Assembly: GCA_965112735.1 (NCBI GenBank)
Contig: OZ218950.1
Coordinates: 5,146,001-5,210,000, forward strand
Source of the DNA: Phaeosaccion multiseriatum
Lineage: Eukaryota > Protista > Ochrophyta, other classes
DNA length: 64,000 nucleotides
Direction: 5' to 3'
Shown: positions 11,927 through 23,753 of the stretch, in pieces
How positions within the stretch are numbered: position 1 is the first letter of the stretch
How the letters are laid out: each line of letters opens with the position of its first letter
Translations under genes and position numbers: made by a program
The notes under the pieces: model-generated
The model's input: the letters and a program-made list of their open reading frames with translations, nothing else
Databases searched by the model: none
What the model was told of the DNA's origin: nothing

Positions 11927-12780
11927 ATGGAGGCGGCCCCTGTTTATGCGTCTCTTGCTCGGAAAGAAAGAAGCGTAGAGTGTGCTTCCCCCAGACGCTC
12001 GGACTGTCCTGATCTCGCTGTCGAGTCAGAAGGAGCGACATCGCCTCAAGAGGAGGCAGCCGAAGGTGGAACGGTCTGGGAGAGAAGGAGGCGGTGGATA
12101 TTGAGCGAGTGTAGCGGAGCCCTTGGTGATGTGGGGAGCTTTCTTCCCATCGTGACCGCACTGGCGAGCTCCGGTCAGATCAACATCACTGCGGTACTGT
12201 TCTACTCGGGGCTGTACAACGTGCTCACAGGTGAGCAGACCAGACGCTCGAGTACTCCTGCATGCAAGACCCCTCGCTCAGTGAGTTGTTGGTTACCTTT
12301 CTCGGCGTGACTGCAGGGTTGGCATTCGGGGTGCCGCTTCCTGTGCAGCCCATGCACACCATATCCGCGGTGGCCATTGTCGAGTCTCTGAGCTCGAGCG
12401 AGATTAGCGCGGCGGGCATTGTCATTGGAGTCATCGTCGGCGCGCTCGGAGTCTCGGGCCTTATCTCCTTCTTCACTCGACTCGTGCCCAGGGACATTGT
12501 GCGCGGTATTCAGGTAGGCAAATGTCAGTCAGAGGCGAGCCGCTCCCCTCCCTCTGAGCGTATGCTCTTGACGAAGTTTATTGTGTTGCTTGCCCGCCGA
12601 CAGCTCGCTCTAGGACTGCGGCTCATGTCCAAGGGACTCGGCCCGGACTATGCGTGGCGAAAAGTGTCGCACGGGGGGGGAGGGGGTGATGAGTCCACAT
12701 TGTGGTGGGGCTACGACAGCGTCCTGACAGCGCTGCTGTGCGGGCTGCTGACTCTCTGGGTGTGGGGCAAGAAGCAGCAG

Positions 12781-12814
<34 letters not shown>

Positions 12815-13841
12815 GCCTCGACAACCAGCGATATCTACACCCGTCCTCTGGGGAAGGTGGCTCCTGCCAGGCGTTGGGGGGGCGAGTCCTGGTGAGGGAA
12901 CGGAAGGAAGGCCGAGACTGTGCCCCCATTCCCGTGGCTCTCTTGCTCTTCATGCTGGGAATGGTTCTGTCCCTCCTCAACACTCGAGGCGCGGACGACC
13001 AAAGCGAAGCGTCTGCATCCGCTGAGAAGCTCCGGGCCCTCTGGAGCAGCTCCGAACACTTCCTTCCTGGGCCAACGATCCCGTCACGGCGCGACTTTGT
13101 GACTGGCACCATGCAGGCGGCTCTGCCCCAGCTGCCCCTCACCTGCCTCAACTCGGTCCTCGCAGTCACTAGTCTGGTCAAGGAGCTGTACCCATCCTCA
13201 TCAAGTGGGCAGGGACGCCGCGCGGCGAACGCTCGCCTGTTGGCTCTGTCCATCGGAGGCTTTAACGCTGCGTGTTGCGGCTTTGGTCACTTCCCATCGT
13301 GCCATGGAGCGGGCGGCTTGGCCGCGCAGCACGCCTTTGGCGCACGGGGGGGAACTTCCATGGTGCTACTCGGCCTCTTCAAGGTGCGCAAGTGTGCGTG
13401 AGGGGGGGGGGGCAATGTCCCAGCCCGCTCTCTCACGACACTTTCTCACGCCCCTCTCCACCCACTCAGGTCTTGTTCGCCGTTGCGTTCGGTGCGGCTC
13501 TGCTCCCCGTCCTCGAGTCCTTTCCTCGCTCCATCCTGGGGGTGCTGCTGTGCGTCAGCGGGCTCGAGCTTGCAATCGTCAGCTTGCGGGAGACTGTCGC
13601 CCCCGTCATACACGGTGTGCAGAGGGACTACACTCTCCTCTTACTGACTGCCGCCGCATGCCTCGTTTACAACACGGGCCTGGGGTTCGTGGGCGGAGGG
13701 CTTGCAGCAGTGGTGCTGAGGCTGGCGGCAGCCAAGAGAGACGCTAGAAGCAGCAGCAGCGGCAGCGAGGGCCCTCGGGAAGGCCCTGAAGACGAGAGGG
13801 GCCGAGCCTCCTCCTTTCCTGGGCAACTTCACGCGAACTGA
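11927..13841 (+). CDS. MOT1: Molybdate transporter MOT1 family, 4 exons, with poly-Q insertion
   Basis: SECSGALGDVGSFLP, FGVPLPVQPMHTISAVAI, QLPLTCLNSVLAV, FPSCHGAGGLAAQHAFGARGG. Confidence 0.92.
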
Positions 13842-14483
13842 GCAGCGAATATACTAGTCTTCAAATCACCCCTAGTGCCGGGATCCTCAGAAGACCCCCA
13901 AAAGAGGGCAAGTTGGCTCAGAGGCACGTGATAAGGAGGTTCGGGTCGATAGTGGGGATCGATTGTGTCCATATTTTTATATTTTTCTACTCAAGTCTCT
14001 CAGCGACCTGAGCACTGAGCTGAACTGGCTGGCCCTACGGCGGATTTGGCCTACCCGCAACAAGGGTGCCCCTATAATTGGGTTGTGTCCCATACTAACG
14101 TGCCTGAGAGACACCGTGAGAGTGGAGGGCCGAAGTGGAGAGAGTAAGTTCCTTTCTCCCCTCTATCTCAACCTCAAACTCTCTTGAAATCTCTCAGCGC
14201 CTTCGCGCCGCACCCGCCATCTGTGGCTTATACGCCTATACATAGGTTAAAGGCTTGGAGACAGGGCTTGGCTGCTCTGTGCCCAACTTGTTGGCCCTCC
14301 TGTCGTTATTTCGTACCGCCGCCGTGGTGGCAGGTTCTGACAGGCGAGCGTTGGGCGCAAACTTTTTGGGCTTGACCGACGGACCGAACCTTTTGCTTTT
14401 AGCCAGGCCTTGGCTGGAGACAGCTTTCCCTCTGGGCATTGCAAGAAGCGTTTTTCAGCAGAACGGGAGGAGGCAGACACCCC

Positions 14484-16691
14484 ATGCATCGCCAGGGTTT
14501 CGTAAGCGTGCTTGGGTTTTTCCTTGCTGCGCTGCGTCGTGGTGTTCTTGCTGGTGTCTGCCCGCCGGAACAGACAGTTCCAGACAATGACAGCGAGGGT
14601 TTGCAACTCGTGGCACGCTTTGATCCTTGTGCGGAGGAGGGTCTTCTTAGCCAAGTATTCGTTGTACTCACGATTAGACACGAGAACGTGGGGGACTTGA
14701 CTTTGAGTGTGCAGAGTCCAGCAGGTACGACTGTCGTTCTGAGCGCGAACAATGGAGGGAGTGGAGCAAACTATGACGGAACATACTTTGCTGATTTTGC
14801 GCTTACACCAATCACGGAGGGGGAGCCTCCCTTCAATGATTTTTTCCTGCCGGAAGAGCCTTTGAGCGCCTTCAATGGACAAGATAGGGAGGGCGACTGG
14901 ACCGTTGCCATCATCGATAGTAATGAAGGGGTTACAGGATGCGTGGATAGAATAACTGTTCTTGCTTCGTGCCCTCGCATAAGTTGCGTGTTGGAATGCG
15001 GAACACAAGTGCCGCGCTGGGGGGGCTGTGCGTGTGACGCGTCTTGCTCTACAGAAGGGACGTGCTGTGACGATTACGAGAATATTTGCGGTACGGGGCC
15101 GCCTGCTCCGCAAGTAACGGCGCCGCCTACTCCTGAAGATACGCCTGCCCCTATTGCCGAGGTTGAGGCAACGGCGGCGCCTATTCTTGAGGATACACCG
15201 GCCCCTGTGGCCCAGGCGGAACCAACGGTGGCCCCCACTCCTGAGGAAACACCTGCCCCTGTCGCCGAGGAGGACACACCACCGCCTACTGCTGAGGACA
15301 CACCTGCCCCTGTTGCTGAGGCAGAACCAACGGCGGCGCCCACTCCTGAGGATACGCCTGCTCCTGTGGCCCAGGAGGATACACCAGCGCCTACTGCTGA
15401 GGACACACCACCGCCTACTGCTGAGGACACACCACCGCCTACTGCTGAGGAGACACCACCGCCTACTGTTGAGGACACACCACCGCCTACTGCTGAGGAC
15501 ACACCACCGCCAGTTGCTGCAACTACGCCTCCTCCTACACCTGCCCCGGTTGTCGAGGGGGGGACACCAGCGCCGGTCGCTGAAACAACGCCTGCCCCTG
15601 TTGCTGGGGAATCCGCTGATCCGACACCGACAGCAACAGTCGCAACAACGCCAGCACCCGCCCCCTTCACCGCCCCCCCAACTCCAGCTGGAACGGTGCC
15701 TCCCACAGCCGTCGATCGAGAGGTCGGGGGTACTGACCCCGTGGAGCTGGACTTTGACGGCAGCGCTGATGGCGAGCTTTTGGATACCACCTCCTCTGTG
15801 GAGCTTTTGGATCGCTTCGAGGACGCCTACGGGGTGACTTTCAGCACAGGAGTGACCAGAGTAGTGGACTCGGACAACGGGGGAGACCCTTCCGATGGAA
15901 GTGTTGCCAACCTGCCGGCAGGTACCAGCGCACTTCTATTCACAGAACCGGAGTCATACATGACCGTTCCGGGTGGAATTGAGGACGGGGCAGCATTCTT
16001 TTACTCCTCCTCGGCGGAAGTGACTGTGGCAGCTTTCTCGGAAGAGAGTGACGTTGGAGCTGGCGAGCGAAAAGGAAGAAGGCTGTGGATAGGGGGCAGG
16101 CGGTTGGCAGAGGTGGGAAGCATCACGCTCCCAGCAAAGCACGACGAAGACTGCCCTGCAGATGGAGACGACGACGGGGAGTACTGCAACTGGTGAGTAG
16201 CAGCAGAAGGGGCCTTTTTTTGTTCGTTTGTTTGTATCTGGGGAGGGAGCTGTTTTTAACCCAAGAGCCCAATGCTGTGCACACGCCTTCCCTCTCTTCA
16301 ATCTCAGGACCGAGGCGGCCGTGCCTGTCTCCCGAACCGCTGAAGCGCTGACGTTCAGCACGAGCGAGAGAGCTTTGTACCTGAACAGGCTCACCCTTGG
16401 AAGCGTGTCACTCGGATCTACCAGCAGTCCGGGACGAACGGACTCTTCCGGTGGCGGCGGAGGCGGGAATGACATGCTCTTCGTGGGTCTCCTCGTCGCG
16501 GGGGTGGCCCTTTGCCTGTGCCTGGGCTGTCTGTATGTTGGAAGGAAGAGGCTCAAGAAGAACCGTGAGCAGGAGGCGTCAGAGGAGGATGAAGAGGAGG
16601 ACATTTACCCCGTGGGGCCTGCTGACCTTTTTGCAGAGTCCGGACACATGGCACATGGAAGCCCTTCGGCGTTGCACCCTGCTCCAGACCA

Positions 16692-16726
<35 letters not shown>

Positions 16727-16818
16727 TGGTGGTCAATGGGCTTCTCCCTGTGGCCGAGTATAGCGGGAGCGAGTGCAGCTCAAATACTGGGCATTCTGCT
16801 TCCACCCCGTACCACCTT

Positions 16819-16868
<50 letters not shown>

Positions 16869-17178
16869 GCAACAACAGCAACAGTTACCTCTGACGCCTC
16901 GGCAGCAGCACTACGGCGCGGCCCGCCTCATGGCCCCGCCTCAACCCCCTTCTGCCTCGGGTCCAATGGGTGGCAAGACGGACCCCGGCCAAGGAGTGCC
17001 CAGCCAAACCGCCAGTGCCAGTCCAGATGGGGCGGCAGGGGAAGCAGCATCATCCCCAGAGTTCTACTCTCGAGTCTCCGCTCCGGCGGGTGGGCAGCGG
17101 GCCCAGTTCGGAGAGGACGAGGTCGAAATGGAGCCCCCCAGTTACGATGCTCTCTTCCTCAACTCCACCCACAACTGA
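14484..17178 (+). CDS. Type I membrane surface protein A: signal peptide, P-domain, somatomedin-B domain, Pro/Thr stalk, PEP-CTERM-protein-like domain, TM, poly-Q/PPSY tail
   Basis: IRHENVGDLTLSVQSPAGTTVVL...FNGQDREGDWTVAIID (P-domain); CACDASCSTEGTCCDDYENIC (SMB); TPPPTAED repeats; TM LFVGLLVAGVALCLCLGCLYVG. One intron at about 16193-16307. Confidence 0.8.
15110..15620 (+). repeat. Coding minisatellite (24-bp EDTPPPTA unit and longer variants)
   Basis: GAGGACACACCACCGCCTACTGCT repeated in tandem. Confidence 0.85.
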
Positions 17179-17812
17179 ATCAATGGATATGCACGTGGGA
17201 GGAGTCCGCCTGTCGAGAAGGTCTTTTGATTGGACGCCCTTTTGGGGCCTCGAGTGAATTTTCTGAGTTTGAACAGACGCACACGCACGTCTATAGACAT
17301 TTTGAACATGGGTCATGGGTTTTGGGCAAGGCAAAGTCAGGAACGAGGCGGCGGAGGGAGGCGCTGCAGGAACCGATCAAGCACCGCAACACAGCACTGT
17401 CGGAGGAGGAGGCGAAGGGCGACATCGGATGGCGCAGAGGAATGAATGTGCCTTTCATACGCTCGTCGTAGACTAGGCAGGTGGTGCGACCCTCTTCCGT
17501 TTTTCTGGGTCTGGGCCGTCAGCACACCTGCTTGTCTGCAGCGATGAGCCGCACTGCTCCATGGCTCTCTATGGAAGGGGACCCCTGTTAGAGGCTCAAC
17601 CTCACAGGGCAAAAGAGGTCGTGTTGTGTAAGGGGAAAACACGACATGCACCGGATATACATCTGTTTTTTTTTCCCACACAAGTGTACATGACTCCCCA
17701 ATCACTTCGCAAATGAGATCAAATGACATGAAACTAAAATTGCCGCCAGTCACACTCCGCCCTGATAGAAAAGTGGGGGAAGCTGGCAGCAGCAGCAGCA
17801 GCAGCTAAAGAG

Positions 17813-18474
17813 ATGATCTCTGTGGCTGCTGCTGTTGTGGCTGCGGTTGTTTCTTGCTCAGCCTTTTCGTTGGCCGCTGCGCAGTCCCTGTGTACCTATC
17901 TCATACCTGACGATGGCGACACCCCTCTCCAACTCTCTTCGCATTTCTCTGCCTGTAGAGAGGGCGGGGGCATCGGCACGGTCATGCTCGCCGGCAACAT
18001 CATTCATCCCAGCGTGGAGGAGCTGAGCATCAGCATCGAGAGTCCCGACGGGACGACGGTGTCTGTGCTGGAAGCCGGATCCATCAGCGGGAAAGACATG
18101 GACTCCTTTGTCTTCTTCGATGGGGCCTCTTCCTTCATCGATAGCGGAGCATCTGCGCCCTACTCTGGATTCTTCAAGCCATCAACGCCATTCCAAGAGG
18201 CCTTCCGGGGAGAGGAGGGAACAGGCCATTGGACTGTGACCTTGCTCGACGGTAGCCCAGGCAACATGGGCTGCATCGTGGACATGACTCTTGCGCGGAT
18301 CTGCTCAAAGTCGAGCCGTGCTCGCGTGCCTATTCCCGACGGTGGCGAGGCTATGCTGATGAGCGAGTTTGAGGGGTGCTCGGATGGGCGACCGGTGCGT
18401 TATCAATGTCAGGAGAGAACCCCGCTGTTCTTGTGTCTTGATAAGCAAACCTACCTGATAACCTCTTCTCTCCC

Positions 18475-18511
<37 letters not shown>

Positions 18512-21137
18512 TATGCACACACAGGTTGGCCCTGTCTACCTCTCTCTGGACATTGATCACCCCCGAGTGGCGGACTTGGAAGTCTCTCTGAGCAGTCCAG
18601 ATGGCACTGAGGTTTTGGTCTTCAGCGAAGGGAGTGGAAGCGGGAGCGACTTGGAAGGTGAGTAGCGAGCATCCACAAGTGATGTTTGAATGTTTCATTC
18701 AGGAGCGAGCAGCTAACACATTAAACCATTACCCCCCCCCCCCTTGCCTTATCCCGCCTGCCCGAAGGCACTTTCTTTCTGGACGACGCATCGGCCTCGC
18801 TAGAGTCGGGGACGAGCCCGTTTGCGGGGCCTTTCCAGCCAGAAGATTCATTCGGCGCTTTTCGGGGGAAAGAGAGTGGCGGCCAATGGAGGACAAAGGT
18901 AGTGGACACGAGAGCTCGCAACACGGGTGCCATTCTGGACTGGCACTTATTGCGCTTCTGCACTCTGGGGAGAGAGGCAAGCGGGGGTCCCTCTCCCACC
19001 CCCGCGCCAACAACGCCAGCACCCACGGTCTCGCCAGCAACACCCACGCCTACTGCCGCACCCACAGCTCCACCGACAGCAGCACCAACAGCTGTAGTAG
19101 GCACCAGAAGCCCCACGGCTGTTGCAGCTCCTCCTACAGCAGCACCACCAACAGCGGCACCTCCCAACCCAACCCCAACTGAGGCACCGACTGCGTCTCC
19201 GACTGCTGCGTTTCCGACCGAGGTGAGTTCCTCTACTTGCTCCCTTTGTGCCATCATGCTGTACCTCAAGTACCTGGCTTCCCTTGCTTTGTTTCCCATT
19301 CCTCAGGCGCCCTCGGTTGCTCCTACTGAAGCCCCGACCGCCCCCCCTCCAACCAGAGCACCCACTTTGCCTCCCACAGTGCGCCCCTCCTCACCAACGC
19401 CGACTGTGGAGGGACGTGGAGACGAATCAACTGCACCGACGCCGACAGCAACAGTCGCAACAACGCCAGCACCCGCCCCCGTCACCGCCGCCCCAACTCC
19501 AGCTGGAACGGTGCCTCCCACAGCCGTCGATCGAGAGGTCGGGGGTACTGACCCTGTGGAGCTGGACTTTGACGGCAGCGCTGATGGCGAGCTTTTGGAT
19601 ACCACCTCCTCTGTGGAGCTTTTGGATCGCTTCGAGGATGCGTACGGCGTGACTTTCAGCACAGGAGTGACCAGAGTAGTGGGGGGGAAAGGAGGGGAGC
19701 CTTCCGATGGAAGCGTGAGCATGGCCAATCTGCCGGCCGGCACAAGCGCTCTGTTGATGAAGAGACCTGTGTCGTTCATGGAGGTGGAGCAAGGCTTCGA
19801 CACGGGGGCTGCCTTTTACTACTCTTCTTCGGTCGATGTCACGGTGACGGCTTACTCGGATAGCGGCGGCGCTGCAAGAGCTCCGGTGGAGCCGACTGGC
19901 TTGGGGAGAAGGGTGCTACAAGTGGGCGGCCGGAGGCTGGCAGAGGTCAGTAGCGCATCCCTCCCCGCGCAGCACAACGATGACTGCCCAACGGATGGCG
20001 AAGACGGAGAGTTCTGCAACTGGTGAGTTGAATGAGTTGAAGTGGGCCTGCTTCTTAGTTGGTTTGTTCACGTGTTGCGCCCTCCCTCCGCCCGCCCGCT
20101 CTGGCGTCTGCCGCTGTTTTCTCGCTCTCCTCAGGACCGAGGCCCGGTTGGCAGTGAGCGAGGCGGTGACCGTGCTGGCGTTTGATTCGGGAACCTCCGC
20201 CAACGCACTCCTTGTCGATAGGCTGACACTTGGCGCCGCCTCAGTCGCGAGCGACGACGACAACGACGATGAAGCAAACGAAGACAAAGAAGAAGAGAAA
20301 GACAAAGACGATGCGACAACCGTAGGAGGAGGAGAGGGAGGTGACGACAACAGCCGCCCGCTGTTGATCGTCATCGCGTGCCTGGCTGCAACGCTGGTGG
20401 TCGGGGGTTTTGTCGGCGCCGTGCATGCCACAAAGTCCAAGAGAGGCACTTTCTTTCCACCGACGACAGACGATGATGGAGGAGAGGGGACCTTAACGTT
20501 GGCTGTGGGGCGCCCGCAGTGCGACGATGAAGGAGGTCCACATCAGTGGAGGAGTACAGCTTCCTCGGCCTTTGAGAGCGGACACCACCCTCCGTACGAG
20601 TACGGCATGCGCAACGAGAGCCAACCCCACCCGGCATACGGGTATGTCACCGGGTACGACAGCCAGCCCCGCCCTCCCTACGGGTATGGCATGGTGGCGA
20701 TCCCCCCGGCGTCGGCCTACCCATCCGCGTCTTTCTCCTCGGCGGTCCCCTCCTTCCGCGGCGGCCCCGCTTCTTCCCTCTCCACCAACAGCAGCATGCC
20801 GTACTCACAACAACGGCCCATCTTGGGCACGCTCCAGCGGCCACATGAGCGGCTCCGCGTGGAGGGCAGAGTCCTGTCGCCTCCCGAGCCGCCGTCGCTG
20901 CCAGTCTCTGTCAGCGGAAAGAGAGACCTTGCTGACACGGCCAGCGCCGCCAGGCTGGCTGCCGAAGCAGCTGCTGCTTCGGGGGGTGGCGGTGATGGGA
21001 GAGGGGCAAGTGCTCACGGCGATGCTCGAGGCGGCGGAGGGGATCACGACTCATTGCCCTCTCGTCTGCCCACCTCTCGGCCCTCTAGCCCGCCTCCGCC
21101 CACGTACGATGACATGTTCAACACCACCACCGGCTGA
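17813..21137 (+). CDS. Type I membrane surface protein B (paralog of A): signal peptide, two P-domains, Pro/Thr stalk, same PEP-CTERM-protein-like domain, TM, PPTY tail, 5 exons
   Basis: IIHPSVEELSISIESPDGTTV...GTGHWTVTLLD and LDIDHPRVADLEVSLSSPDGTEV...GGQWRTKVVD. Shares an intron position within CNW with gene A. Confidence 0.8.
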
Positions 21138-21403
21138 AGAAGGGAGGGGGAGGTGCTTGCTGCTGCTTCTGTTACGCTTGCCGCTACTTTTGGGGGTTGC
21201 GAAGTGGGTAGGAGGGTGGGAAGAGACACGCGCTTGTCATACTCTTGTGATATTTGTATAGGTTTTAGTTTACATGAAATGCGTCAATCTTAAGTCAGAA
21301 GTAAAACTTGTAATATGGCTCTTCCGTCGGGAGGGGGCGAGGGCCCATTGGAAGTCGGAGCTGCGAGCTCATGCTTGCATCTCCTGCGGGGCATCTCTCG
21401 CCT

Positions 21404-21759
21404 TCAAATGCTTCCCTCCTTGCGGTACCCTTTCAAAACGGAGGCGTTCCCGTGCTGCTGCTGCTGCTGCACCGCCGTTGCTCCTCCTTCCGGGTGCAGA
21501 GCCAGCACGACACTCGTCTGCTGCCGGGCACCATGCTTTCGGCCGTCGATCCCTTGCGTCGGCGACACAGAGGTCTCGGCTATGAACTCAAGAAAGCAGG
21601 GCGGGGCGTCTCCCGAGCAGGCGCGCAGGAAGCTGTGTTCGGAGGGGCAGCCTGGCACGTGGAGGAAGATGGTGATCTTGGCGCTATCGAAGCGCCTCAG
21701 CAAAACGGGCTCACCGAGAGGCACCTCCGCCTCCCTGTAAGAGACGCTGCCACTGCCGG

Positions 21760-21792
<33 letters not shown>

Positions 21793-23525
21793 CGAGTACC
21801 GTCCGGTTGCAGAAGCGCGCGTCGTGCCGCACTGGCCCGAAGCCGCCCACTTGCCCTTCCCTCGACAGATGGAAATCTTGCGCAGGAAGCACCACCTCGT
21901 CCGCCCAGACGTTTTGCACCTGAGGGAAAGGCGCGTGAAAAACATCAAGTTGTCGTAAAAATAGGCGTTACATGCACCATGTTACACTTTGCAGCGCGAG
22001 AGCAGTCGCAGCAGAGAGCAGAGAGCAGAGAGGAGCACTTGCTGCCCGTACGTACCCGCAGTGTGAGCTGCAATATCTCCATCGAGCGGAAGTGGCCCGC
22101 GCAGTCCTTCACCGCTCGGCCCGTTTGCCCGTTGGAGCGGCACGCCAGCACCAGCCACGCTGCCAGAGGCTGCGCATCACAACGAGTCCGCCCTAGAACG
22201 ACGTCCGTAGCGCCGCTACCGGCCGCTGATGCTCCTGCCGCTGCTTTTGCCGTCGCAACCGCGGGTGGAGCGACCTCCCGGTGAAGGCCACGGTACAGCG
22301 CGCGCCAGTCGGGCAGGGCGAGCTGCGGCCGCTGCTGCCTCCACGCCTCCAGCTCCTGCGCCTCGTCGCGCATGCGCCACCGGCGTAGGGCCAGCGGACG
22401 CCAGCAGCAGTCCCAGCCACCCCGTGCGCGCCAGAAGCGGCTCAGCTGTCGGCAGTCCGACAGGGACTTGGGGTCCAGGAAGCCCAGCACCACGAGGGGA
22501 AGCTCTCGGAACACCCGCTCCATGGCCGCTGCCGCTGCTGCTGCTCTTGCTTCGCTGGAGGGTGGAAGCTTTTTCTCCTCCTCAGAGCCAGCTCTGGGGG
22601 CAGGAGACGGACTGTGCTCTCGCGTGGCATCAGCCAATTTGGGTCTCTTCGTTTGCTGTTCTACTTCCGCCCCCTCTCCCCCGCAGAGATGCTCTTGCTT
22701 CCAGGTTACCATCTTTTGGTACTCCACCATCAAGACGCAGTTCTCGTTCCGCAGCGTGGCCACGAGGCAGCCGAGCTCGTCAATGAGGGCCTGTGCGCCC
22801 CCCAGCACCGCAGGCCGCTTGATACCCCGTCTAAAGGTACAGAGTGTAGGGGTTCATTGCGTTAATACACACAGGATATCCGCCTCTCTCTCTCGGTTCA
22901 AGACGCCAATGAACACAAATCCCGAGGGAGAGGACATACCAACCCCCTTTCAACAGAACGGATCTTTACATCATTCAAATGCCACAATCCATTTAAACGT
23001 TCTCTTTCTCTCTCTCCGCCACTTTGATCTTAACCCAACGACAGAACGCACGCACCTTTGCATCATTCCCGTCATCGCCGACTTCGAACAGTAGCGCTGC
23101 ATCGTCTGGTGGAGAGATTTGTAGAGCTCATTCATCTCCTCACGGAGAAGCTTGGCTCGGTGGCCCTTTTTCCTCTTGCTCAAATCCACCTCGTCTTCGT
23201 CATCCATTTCATCGTCTTGCGGCATTCCACCCGCCGGTGGGGCCAATGAGACATCCGAAGGACCTGATGCTGCATCCACTGGCACGGAAGACGCTGCCAA
23301 CGTCAGCTGCGGCTGCGGCGGCGGCGGCTGCGGCTGCTGCTGCTGCTGCTGCTCCTGTTCCTGCTTGATCGGGGGTGAAGGCGGTGCTGGTTCTAATGGC
23401 GCCACAGAGAGGGGCAAGCCGGGGGCTTCCTCCCCCAGCAAGCCGCCCACATAATCCCAGTTCAAGAAGAGGTCCGCCTCATTAGTCAAGGCGCTCACTC
23501 CTTCAAAGGGGGGCACCTCCCCCAT
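21404..23525 (-). CDS. F-box protein with N-terminal bHLH-zipper-like region, 3 exons
   Basis: F-box FRELPLVVLGFLDPKSLSDCRQLSRFWR...CCWRPLALRRW. Spliced KRKKGHRAKLLREEMNELYKSL...RRGIKRPAVLGGAQALIDELGCLVATLRNEN. Confidence 0.7.
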
Positions 23526-23753
23526 GGCGTGTTGGATTTGTGTTGGAGTCACACGGGACCAGCAATTCCAACTCAGTTATTACACGGTGTTTACAGTTTA
23601 CAGTTTCAGCTCATTAATCCATCACCCTACTGCCCAACACATCAACCCGAACAAACGGCCCGAGCTCTCTCTCTCCCTCCTCTGAGGCCTGCCTCTCCCC
23701 CTTCCCTGTTTCCGTGGTTGGCCCAGTGGTGGGCTTGCTGAAAGCATCGGGCG

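Noticed and set aside
14184-14440. Alternative N-terminal coding exon for receptor A
   Set aside because: No ATG in frame. A good signal peptide starts at 14484, so this is probably 5' UTR or intron.
15074-15837. Antisense and off-frame repeat ORFs (Gly/Val- or Arg/His-rich)
   Set aside because: Shadows of the Pro/Thr coding minisatellite. The same applies to most overlapping ORFs in this GC-rich window.
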